DNA of 64,000 nt, from assembly GCA_964646765.1 (NCBI GenBank), contig CAZYIA010000002.1:99467-163466 (forward strand), read 5' to 3'. This stretch comes from an uncultured Candidatus Saccharibacteria bacterium (GTDB taxonomy: Bacteria > Patescibacteriota > Minisyncoccia > Phycocordibacterales > UBA9973). Below, piece by piece: positions 1 to 7,902 of this stretch. Below the pieces are notes generated by a model. That model did not search any database. It was not told the origin of the DNA and worked only from the letters and a program-made list of their open reading frames with translations. The translations under genes were made by a program, and so were the position numbers. Position 1 is the first letter of the stretch. Every line of letters begins with the position of its first letter.

Positions 1-1181
1 CGGACGCGTACGCCATTTTAAATCCGCACCTTCCGGGCGAAACCTATCCGTTTCAGGATCTGTGCGGAGCAGGAGTAGCTTTTAAATTAGTTCAAGCACT
101 TTGTAAAAAATGTAATATCACGCCTGGTTGGGAGAAGTGGCTCTTAGATATGGCAGGACTCGCTACACTTTCTGATATGGTGCCACTCGTCGGTGAAAAT
201 CGCGTGCTCGCTTCGTACGGATTAAAAGTTCTTCAAAAAACTCGTCGGCCAGGACTTGCACAGCTTTTTCACAAAATGAAAACTGATATGGCACATCTCG
301 TTGAAGATGACGTGACATTTATGCTCACGCCTCGATTAAATGCTGCTTCCCGATTAGATACTCCACAAGCAGCGTTTGATCTTCTTTCTGAAACTGATGT
401 TGTTAAAGCTGGTGTACTGGCTGATCACCTCACTAAAATAAATGACTCGCGAAAAACAATGGTGGCAACTATTATGCGTGACGTGCACAAGCGGCTTGAA
501 GAGCGCGAGCTTCGCGACGTTATTGTTATCGGTTCTCCCGAATGGCGTCCAGGAGTACTTGGCCTAGTAGCTTCAAAAATTGTTGAAACGTATGAGCGAC
601 CAACATTTGTATGGGGAGGAGATAACGAGGGAAATTTTAAAGGCTCATGCCGCACAGAAGGAAAAGTGAACGTGGTTGAATTGATGACCAAGGCGAAAGA
701 TTCGTTTGCTTCATTTGGCGGACACAAAGAAGCCGGCGGGTTTGTAGTTACTCACGAAACGGTTCACTTTTTAGAAGATAAGTTAGTTTCTGCGTATCAG
801 TCATTTTCGTTTAAAGAGGAAGAGCATAAATTGGTTTCGTATACAGTTGATGCGGAACTTTCTCTTTCTGACGTTACGTTAGGCAATTACAAAGCAATTG
901 AACCGCTTGCCCCATTTGGATTGGGGAACACAAAACCAACATTTGCTTTTCCCAAGGTGACCATTTCCGGTATGCGACAATTTGGTAAAACTGCTGAGCA
1001 TCTCGAACTCTTACTCACCGATGGTGATACCAAAGTAAAAGCTATTTCGTTTTTTACTACACCTGAAAGTTATGATCGCACAATAGAACCCGGAGCTGTA
1101 GTTACTTTAGTTGGGACGTTTGAGAGATCTTACTTCTTGGGACGAAGCGAGTTGCGCCTTAGGATAGTTGATGTACTCTAA
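1..1181 (+). CDS. recJ: Single-stranded-DNA-specific exonuclease RecJ, C-terminal portion (5' end lies outside the window)
   Basis: The reading frame is open from nt 3 and translates to DAYAILNPHLPGETYPFQDLCGAGVAFKLVQAL..., which is a RecJ DHHA1-like region. The listed ORF starting at 150 is an internal Met. RecJ OB-fold-like C-terminus follows. Confidence 0.75.
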   Translation, partial: DAYAILNPHLPGETYPFQDLCGAGVAFKLVQALCKKCNITPGWEKWLLDMAGLATLSDMVPLVGENRVLASYGLKVLQKTRRPGLAQLFHKMKTDMAHLVEDDVTFMLTPRLNAASRLDTPQAAFDLLSETDVVKAGVLADHLTKINDSRKTMVATIMRDVHKRLEERELRDVIVIGSPEWRPGVLGLVASKIVETYERPTFVWGGDNEGNFKGSCRTEGKVNVVELMTKAKDSFASFGGHKEAGGFVVTHETVHFLEDKLVSAYQSFSFKEEEHKLVSYTVDAELSLSDVTLGNYKAIEPLAPFGLGNTKPTFAFPKVTISGMRQFGKTAEHLELLLTDGDTKVKAISFFTTPESYDRTIEPGAVVTLVGTFERSYFLGRSELRLRIVDVL

Positions 1182-1186
1182 GCACT

Positions 1187-1909
1187 ATGGCACAAACAGT
1201 CATATTTACTGACGGCGCTTCTCGAGGTAATCCTGGCCCGGGAGGTTGGGGAGCACTTATTATTGAAAGTGCAGAAAAGGGTTCTCGGGTTGCTGAACTT
1301 GGCGGTCGCGAAGATCATACTACCAATAATCGTATGGAGCTTATGGCGGCACTTAAAGCTCTTGAATATATAGAAGAGCGGAAATTTGGATCTCCAGTTG
1401 AAGTACGTACTGATTCCGCGTATCTCTTAAACGGTATTACCATGTGGGTGTACGGCTGGGAAAAGAATGGCTGGAAGACTAAAGAAGGAGAACCAGTATT
1501 AAACCAGGATATTTGGCAAGAACTTGCGCCAGTTGCATTTCGTCTGAAAAAAATTGTTGATCTCACCTGGGTAAAAGTAGTTGGTCATGCTGGAGACTTA
1601 GGTAATGAACGCGTTGATGAAATTGCTACTTCATTTGCCGACGGCGGTCATCCGCTTTTGTTTTCTGGTGCGCGAAGCGAGTACGAAAAATTATTTGGCG
1701 ATATGCTTGCCCCAGCACTTCTGCCACAAACGGTAAATCGTACGAAAGGCGTTGCCTACTCATACGTTTCAGTTATTGAAGGTATTCCGGAGATTCACAA
1801 AACTTGGCCAGAATGTGAACGTCGAGTAAAAGGGAAAAAAGGAGCAAAATACAAAAAAGTTTTTTCTAAAGAAGAGGAGGAGGCTCTGGTTACCGAGTGG
1901 ACCAAATAA
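1187..1909 (+). CDS. rnhA: Ribonuclease HI with a C-terminal viroplasmin (Cauli_VI)-like hybrid-binding domain
   Basis: The N-terminus VIFTDGASRGNPGPGGWGALI plus TNNRMEL and GHAGDLGNERVDEIA are the RNase H catalytic core. The C-terminal ~80 aa (GVAYSYVSVIEGIPEIHKTWPECERRVKGKKGAKYKKVFSKEEEEALV) resemble the Cauli_VI domain that normally sits N-terminal to RNase H. Confidence 0.8.
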   Translation: MAQTVIFTDGASRGNPGPGGWGALIIESAEKGSRVAELGGREDHTTNNRMELMAALKALEYIEERKFGSPVEVRTDSAYLLNGITMWVYGWEKNGWKTKEGEPVLNQDIWQELAPVAFRLKKIVDLTWVKVVGHAGDLGNERVDEIATSFADGGHPLLFSGARSEYEKLFGDMLAPALLPQTVNRTKGVAYSYVSVIEGIPEIHKTWPECERRVKGKKGAKYKKVFSKEEEEALVTEWTK

Positions 1910-1947
1910 TTTAAATTTTTCTTACTCTAGTTCGGTACAGTGGGAGT

Positions 1948-3405
1948 GTGTCATCACGCGATAAACTTCTCTATATCGTCCTTCTCGGTTTTACCATTGG
2001 TGTTTTTCTTCGAGCAAAGACACCCGATGTATATGTGCCGGCGGCTTTAGTTTCACTCAGTACTGGAAGTTTATTTTTATATCTTAAGGAAAAGAAAAGA
2101 CGGGTTATTTTTCTTACGAGTATTTTTGCAGTTGCGCTTTCCCTTGGAGTCATTCGGTTTGTTGTGAGTGTCCCTCCACCCTCGCTTTTATTAGGTGGCG
2201 TTGGAGAAACTATTTCTCTCACCGGGGTTATTTCTAGTGATCCTGATATTCGTGAATTTACCACGAAGTTAAGTATAGAAACTGATGAAGGCACAGTGCT
2301 AGTGACAGCGCCGATTGGCGCATATGCCTATGGTGACGAAATAATGGCAACTGGAACTCTAACGCAACCCGAAAACTTTGAAACTACTACTGGCCGCACC
2401 TTTAACTACGAAGCTTATCTTGGCAAAGATGGCATTTACTTTGAAATCAAAAAAGCAAAAGTTGTAGTTCTTTCACACAACCATGGAAACAGTATTTTAT
2501 CGTTACTCTTCACATTGAAACATGCAATTCTTAATGTTTTTTCGAAAACGATTCCTGATCCAGAACGAACTCTTTTAGGCGGCATTCTATTAGGTATTAA
2601 ACAATCGCTCGGCACTGATGTGCGCGATGCGCTTGTTGCCACGGGTACTATTCATATTGTGGCACTCTCTGGTTATAACGTTTCAGTTGTTGCTGGTTCC
2701 ATTATGAGAGCACTTTCTCTGATTACTTCAAGAACTGTTGCAACAATGGCAGGAGGCATCGGTATTGTTCTTTTTGTGCTTATGACTGGCGCGTCTTCAA
2801 CAGCAATTCGAGCAGGGCTTATGGCTCTGTTAGCGTTGATCGCTAAAATCTGGGGCAGGCCCTATGATGCACTACGCATTTTGTTTATCGCCGGAGTAGC
2901 AATGCTGATCTATAACCCACATTACCTAACCGACGATATTTCGTTTCAGCTTTCTTTTTTGGCCACCCTTGGGATTATTGTAATTGAACCAATTCTTCGA
3001 TCGAAACTTTCTTTTTTACAATCGCGATTTATTATCGAACTTTTCTCAGTTACCCTCGCCGCTCAAATTGCGGTGCTGCCATTTTTAGTTTGGGCGATGG
3101 GAACCCTTTCTTTGGTATCGTTACCTATAAATATTTTTGTTGGCATTTTGATTCCGTATTCAATGTTCGGTGGGGCATTGGTAGCTTTTCTCGGCCTTCT
3201 TTCTATGCCTTGTGCTACTCCAGTTGCCTATCTCGAGTATTGGCTGCTTCATATACTCCTCTGGCTTATTACCAAAGGAGCTAGTGTACCGTATGCTTCA
3301 ATAATTATTCCACCTTTCTCAGGGCTTTTCATTCTATTAATCTATGGGCTGATTTTGTGGTGGGTCTATACAGAAAGTAGAATTCGTGTTATAAAAAAAA
3401 TCTAA
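1948..3405 (+). CDS. comEC: ComEC/Rec2-family competence channel protein (polytopic membrane domain only); GTG start
   Basis: Multiple hydrophobic helices are present. The central region (GTIHIVALSGYNVSVVAG...TGASSTAIRAG) is typical of the ComEC competence domain. It has no metallo-beta-lactamase domain of its own. Confidence 0.65.
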   Translation: MSSRDKLLYIVLLGFTIGVFLRAKTPDVYVPAALVSLSTGSLFLYLKEKKRRVIFLTSIFAVALSLGVIRFVVSVPPPSLLLGGVGETISLTGVISSDPDIREFTTKLSIETDEGTVLVTAPIGAYAYGDEIMATGTLTQPENFETTTGRTFNYEAYLGKDGIYFEIKKAKVVVLSHNHGNSILSLLFTLKHAILNVFSKTIPDPERTLLGGILLGIKQSLGTDVRDALVATGTIHIVALSGYNVSVVAGSIMRALSLITSRTVATMAGGIGIVLFVLMTGASSTAIRAGLMALLALIAKIWGRPYDALRILFIAGVAMLIYNPHYLTDDISFQLSFLATLGIIVIEPILRSKLSFLQSRFIIELFSVTLAAQIAVLPFLVWAMGTLSLVSLPINIFVGILIPYSMFGGALVAFLGLLSMPCATPVAYLEYWLLHILLWLITKGASVPYASIIIPPFSGLFILLIYGLILWWVYTESRIRVIKKI

Positions 3406-3431
3406 AACATTTATAACGAAATAGTAAAATT

Positions 3432-3962
3432 ATGTTCAAGAAAATTTTTATCGTACATCCAACTGACCAGAAACTTATTAAAGCCCTACAGCTCTTTCTT
3501 GAGGGTTTAGGAATTCAGTGTGCTATCAACTTTAAATTCTATCCTCCAAATACGGAAAATGTATTGGCTGATTTAGCTGTTGTAGAAGGACCCGTACTTC
3601 TTATTTGTTCCGGAGAAGTGAATTTCGGTTCCGGTGACATGTATGCAGGTCAATTTGCAAAAGTAGCTAAATCCACCAAAGAAGATGTATTTGTGCTGGC
3701 ATATTCAAAGTCAGATAAACACCAGGAATCAAGAATGGCAGGAGAGCTCGATGCTTTCATTCTACGCTGGAATTCTGATTCTTATTTCCAACGTGTGTTT
3801 GAAATCGGCCAAAAACATCCTTCAGTAGATGGAGATTTGCGGTTGGATTACCAGCTTGCGGAATTTATTTCTGAAGCACTTAAAGTAAATAACCTGGATG
3901 AATTACATCACCTTATTGAAGGTGTTCATCAGGGAAAAGTTTTTGAACCGGTAAAACATTAA
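3432..3962 (+). CDS. Hypothetical protein, possibly a Rossmann/flavodoxin-like (TIR- or SLOG-like) fold
   Basis: The 176-aa ORF shows good coding periodicity. Its N-terminus KKIFIVHPTDQKLIKALQLFLEGLGIQCA follows a beta-strand–Asp–helix pattern, as in TIR or nucleotide-binding folds. No confident family assignment. Confidence 0.4.
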   Translation: MFKKIFIVHPTDQKLIKALQLFLEGLGIQCAINFKFYPPNTENVLADLAVVEGPVLLICSGEVNFGSGDMYAGQFAKVAKSTKEDVFVLAYSKSDKHQESRMAGELDAFILRWNSDSYFQRVFEIGQKHPSVDGDLRLDYQLAEFISEALKVNNLDELHHLIEGVHQGKVFEPVKH

Positions 3963-4012
3963 TACTCTTATCAGCTTTTACGCAGAGTATTGTTACACAA
4001 GTAAAAGATATG

Positions 4013-4052
4013 AATAGCCGCAGGTTAACGCCAGCGGCTGTTTTTTATTTTG
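4013..4052 (+). terminator. Rho-independent terminator (hairpin agccgc…gcggct followed by a T-run)
   Basis: An inverted repeat followed by TTTTTTATTTT lies immediately downstream of the 3432..3962 CDS. It overlaps the 3' end of the convergent SOD gene. Confidence 0.5.
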
Positions 4053-4641
4053 TCGCTTCTACGAAATTTTTTTCGATTACTTCCCAGTTGAGGTTTGCGA
4101 AGAAATCTTCAACGTACTGTTTCTTCCCAGAAGGAGCGTAGTCCATGACATAGGAGTGTTCCCACATGTCGAGCATGAGAATTGGTTGTAATCCATTTAG
4201 TTGGCCAAGATGCTGTTCGTCTACCCATGCCGGGGTAAATTGTCCCGCCTGTTTATCCCAGTATAAAATTGCCCAGCCGATGCCACGGGTCATTGCGAGC
4301 GTTTTAAATCCCATTAAGAATCCATCAAACGAACCAGCTTCGCTTTCGATTGCTGCTTTAAATTTTGAATTTTCTGGTAATGGTTTTGTGCCGTCCTCGA
4401 GCGATTTAAAGTAGTATTCATGGTTACGCATGCCATCAAATTCAAAAGCAATGCGACGATGGAGTTCCCCGATAATGTAAGCATTCTTTTCTGGATCACT
4501 CATGAGCTCGCCTAATTTTTCAAAAAGGCCGTTTAAGTTTTTTACGTATCCTTGGTAGAGCTTTAAATGTTCCTCAATTGTTTTTTTTGAAATTCCTTTA
4601 AGCTCCGGAATGTTAAATGTTTGTGCTAAGTGTTGTTTCAT
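4045..4641 (-). CDS. Fe/Mn-family superoxide dismutase
   Basis: The N-terminal LPELKG...IEEHLKLYQGYVKNLN matches the HHxKHH/YV region. The C-terminal DMWEHSYVMDY matches the classic D-x-W-E-H-A-Y-Y metal-ligand motif. Confidence 0.85.
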   Translation of the reverse strand: MKQHLAQTFNIPELKGISKKTIEEHLKLYQGYVKNLNGLFEKLGELMSDPEKNAYIIGELHRRIAFEFDGMRNHEYYFKSLEDGTKPLPENSKFKAAIESEAGSFDGFLMGFKTLAMTRGIGWAILYWDKQAGQFTPAWVDEQHLGQLNGLQPILMLDMWEHSYVMDYAPSGKKQYVEDFFANLNWEVIEKNFVEATK

Positions 4642-4818
4642 ACAATTTTTTCTATTACTGATACGTTTCTATTATATGCCGATAGAGGGAAGAGCCTAAT
4701 TTGACTTTTATAAAATTTATGTCAAAATACTTTAGTTCTTTTATAACTTGGTTAGCTAGCAGAAAGGCCACAAAGACTTTGCGGGTTTTCTATTAGCTAA
4801 CCTTAATACTAAAAAACA

Positions 4819-5307
4819 ATGGCAACTAAAAAAAGAAAAAAGAATGAAGACCCATCAAACATTACGAATGACCTTGCTCGCCTTGAAAAGGAAAAAAAGG
4901 AGATAATTCAGGAGTTTGTAAATGCGTGCCAGGAACACTCGACTGCACTTACGGCAGAACTTCGTAACCTATTACCTGACCTTTCCCTTAAAATCACTTT
5001 TGGACGGGAAGAAATTAGTCTGCTACCACAGATGAAAATTACTTCCGGCTATGTTGAATTACAAATTCGTTTTTCTCCACAGGGAACATATGGCTGCTTA
5101 GCAAAATATGCCCGTGGGAACAAGGAAAACCCCACTTGGTTAGAAAACTGCTATGAAGTTTTCGGCTTGCCCAACAGTTATAAGCCCGGGAAGACAAAAA
5201 GTATTTTAAGCAAAGCAAAAAAAATAGCTGAACATATACAGGAACAACACAACATTCCTTTACCGAAAGGACGGGAGTTTCAGAGTCAGCATGATTTAAT
5301 GTTTTAA
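4819..5307 (+). CDS. Hypothetical protein (basic N-terminus, predicted coiled region)
   Basis: The 162-aa ORF lies between a plausible promoter region and a downstream terminator. No recognisable family. Confidence 0.4.
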   Translation: MATKKRKKNEDPSNITNDLARLEKEKKEIIQEFVNACQEHSTALTAELRNLLPDLSLKITFGREEISLLPQMKITSGYVELQIRFSPQGTYGCLAKYARGNKENPTWLENCYEVFGLPNSYKPGKTKSILSKAKKIAEHIQEQHNIPLPKGREFQSQHDLMF

Positions 5308-5332
5308 TTTGTAAACCAATCGTTAGCTAATA

Positions 5333-5372
5333 AGGAAAGAAACCGTAGTTCATCACGGTTTCTTTTTTTTGC
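5333..5372 (+). terminator. Rho-independent terminator
   Basis: The hairpin gaaaccgtagttcatcacggtttc is followed by TTTTTTTT. Confidence 0.55.
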
Positions 5373-5403
5373 CTGAACGGTATTTTTCCAGTACACTAGC
5401 CGC

Positions 5404-6912
5404 ATGCAAATCCTCATTATTGACCTCGGCAGCCAGTACGCCCTGGTTATTGGCCGCACGCTTCGGGAGCTCGGGTATCGTTCTGCGGTGCTCTCACCAA
5501 AGCGGGCCGAAGAATGGCTTGCTCAAAATACGCCTAAATGTGTGATTCTCTCAGGAGGTGACAAGAGTGTGTATGAGGAGGGTGCTCCCAAAATCCCAGA
5601 AAAAGTTTTTTCGCTTGGGGTACCAGTGCTTGGTATTTGCTATGGCATGCAGTATATGGCGCATGTGCTTGGCGGAAAAGTAGAAAATATTACTGCTCAG
5701 CGTGAGTATGGACCAATTGATGTAACACACAACGGATCACTTTTATTTGAAGGAGTATCATCACCAACTCGCGTGTGGGCATCGCACGGCGATAGTGTTG
5801 TGACCCTGCCAGAAGGTTTTACTTCACTCGCTACTTCAACTGCTGGTGTGAATGAAGCGATGGTGCACGAAAACAAAAAACTCTATGCGGTTCAGTTTCA
5901 TCCAGAAGTACATGACTCAGTTGAAGGAAAAAAAATGCTCGAAAATTTTGTCCGCATTGTTGGTCTTGAAAAAGATTGGAATGCAGCCGAAATGATTGCC
6001 GAAATTCGTAACGAAGTAAAAACGGTAGCTGGCGATAAAAAAGCCATCATTGGCATGAGTGGTGGTGTTGATTCAACAACGCTCGGTGCCATTATTTCTC
6101 CAGTGTTTGGTGGAAATCTGTTGGCGCTTGCGGTAGATCATGGTGGTTTGCGCGAAGGTGAACTTGAAGAAATTAGAGCAAACGCGCTTTCTGCAAATCT
6201 CAATTTGAAAATTGTTGATGTAAAAGATCGGTTCTTCGCTGCAATGCAAGATGTTACTGACGCTGAAGAGAAACGTAAAAAATTTAAAGAAGTTTATCAA
6301 AAAGTTTTCGAAGAAGAAGCAGCGGCGTTTAGTGCACACTTTGTGGTGCAAGGAAGTTTAGCTACTGACTTTATCGAAAGTGGTAAAGCAGGAGAGTCGG
6401 CGCTCATTAAGAGTCATCACAATATTGGTATCGAATGGGCGATGGAAGATCTCCACCCACTTCGTAATCTATTTAAATATGAAGTTCGCGAATTAGCCGC
6501 GGCAGTGGGATTACCAGAGTGCGTTACCAAACGTCATCCGTTTCCTGGTCCAGGACTTTTCATTCGTATTGTTGGTACAGGAGTTAACGAAGAAACTATG
6601 AGTACGGTTCGGGCTGCTGATGCTATTGTGCGCGAAGTAGTAAAAACCCGCGGGTTAGAAGGTGATATTGCCCAGCTTATTGTTGCGCTTGTTGGTGTAA
6701 AAACAGTTGGAGTGAAGGGTGATGCCCGCTCATACGGATACTCAATTGTCGTTCGTGCTGTTGAAACGTCAGATTTCATGACGGCTCGCGGTTATTACTT
6801 CCCGAAAGAAGCCGCCGAAGAAATCACCAATCGTGTGACCAAAGCTCGCGAAGTGGTACGTGTGTGGTTTGACATGACTCCAAAACCACCAGCAACGACT
6901 GAGCTCGAATAA
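5404..6912 (+). CDS. guaA: GMP synthase (glutamine-hydrolysing)
   Basis: The N-terminal class-I glutamine amidotransferase region (ILIIDLGSQYALVIGRTLRELG, GICYGMQ, HPEV) is followed by the ATP pyrophosphatase PP-loop (GMSGGVDS) and the GMP synthase C-terminal dimerisation domain. Confidence 0.9.
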   Translation: MQILIIDLGSQYALVIGRTLRELGYRSAVLSPKRAEEWLAQNTPKCVILSGGDKSVYEEGAPKIPEKVFSLGVPVLGICYGMQYMAHVLGGKVENITAQREYGPIDVTHNGSLLFEGVSSPTRVWASHGDSVVTLPEGFTSLATSTAGVNEAMVHENKKLYAVQFHPEVHDSVEGKKMLENFVRIVGLEKDWNAAEMIAEIRNEVKTVAGDKKAIIGMSGGVDSTTLGAIISPVFGGNLLALAVDHGGLREGELEEIRANALSANLNLKIVDVKDRFFAAMQDVTDAEEKRKKFKEVYQKVFEEEAAAFSAHFVVQGSLATDFIESGKAGESALIKSHHNIGIEWAMEDLHPLRNLFKYEVRELAAAVGLPECVTKRHPFPGPGLFIRIVGTGVNEETMSTVRAADAIVREVVKTRGLEGDIAQLIVALVGVKTVGVKGDARSYGYSIVVRAVETSDFMTARGYYFPKEAAEEITNRVTKAREVVRVWFDMTPKPPATTELE

Positions 6913-6950
6913 TTTAGGAAAAACTTATTAGATCACGCTACACTTTCGGT

Positions 6951-7805
6951 ATGCGTCGGTATCTTTTTATTGTTCTTCTCATAGGATTCTGTGTCTTTGG
7001 CGTTCTGTGGTATGCGTTTCCAAAACACACAGTTGGTAACGATTTAAAAGTATATCTTTTAGATATTGGCCAAGGAGATGCAATGTATGTGTTGGCTCCC
7101 GACGGCAGCGATATGATTGTCGATGGTGGCCCGAAAGGGTCACTATTAACGCCGCTTCAAAAAGTGCTGCCGTTTGGTGATAGGGAAATAAATGTCATTG
7201 TGGTGACTAACCCTGACACTGATCACTACGCTGGTTTTCTTGAGCTGTTAAAAGAGTATCAGGTTGATACCGTTATTTTACCAGCGACACATTCTAAAAC
7301 GAAAACCTGGGCAGATTTTGAGTCTCTAGTTGCTGAAAAGAAAATTCCTACGGTGATTGCGTCGCGTGGCATGCGTGTACTGCTCGATAGAGATCATGGG
7401 GTCGAATACGATGTACTTTTTCCTGATCGCGATGTCTCCTCATGGACAAGTAATGATGGTTCGACGGTTGGGAAGTTGGTATATGGCGCGCGAAGTTTTA
7501 TGTTAACTGGTGACGCAACTGCGTATACTGAATCACTGCTTCTTTCAGGAAAAGATACTGCGATTTTAAAAAGTGATGTACTGAAAGTTGGTCATCACGG
7601 TTCACGAACTTCAACAAGTGAAGCGTTCTTAAAAGCTGTCCTCCCAACGTACGCCATTATTTCCGCAGGAGTACATAACAAGTATGGCCATCCACATCAA
7701 GAAGTGATTTCACGGCTGCAAGCATTTGGTGCCCAAATACTTGGAACCTATGAGCGTGGCAGCATTCTGTGTACCACTAATGGCGCTTCTCTTAATTGCC
7801 ACTAA
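6951..7805 (+). CDS. Membrane-anchored metallo-beta-lactamase-fold protein, ComEC C-terminal-domain-like
   Basis: An N-terminal transmembrane helix is followed by YLLDIGQGDAMYV, the VVTNPDTDHYAGF (HxHxDH-type) motif, and LKVGHHGS, which is typical of the ComEC/Rec2 MBL domain. It is encoded separately from the channel domain at 1948..3405. Confidence 0.65.
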   Translation: MRRYLFIVLLIGFCVFGVLWYAFPKHTVGNDLKVYLLDIGQGDAMYVLAPDGSDMIVDGGPKGSLLTPLQKVLPFGDREINVIVVTNPDTDHYAGFLELLKEYQVDTVILPATHSKTKTWADFESLVAEKKIPTVIASRGMRVLLDRDHGVEYDVLFPDRDVSSWTSNDGSTVGKLVYGARSFMLTGDATAYTESLLLSGKDTAILKSDVLKVGHHGSRTSTSEAFLKAVLPTYAIISAGVHNKYGHPHQEVISRLQAFGAQILGTYERGSILCTTNGASLNCH

Positions 7806-7902
7806 CTAGCTACCGCAAAAATATTCTATATACATTTCCCACCCCTGACGTGGGTTGTATATATGATTTTTTATTACAGTATCGAATTTGCGAGTACAAA
7901 AA

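Noticed and set aside
6073-6351. 92-aa antisense ORF within guaA
   Set aside because: It lies within a confidently assigned CDS and has low-complexity F/K-rich content typical of AT-rich antisense frames.
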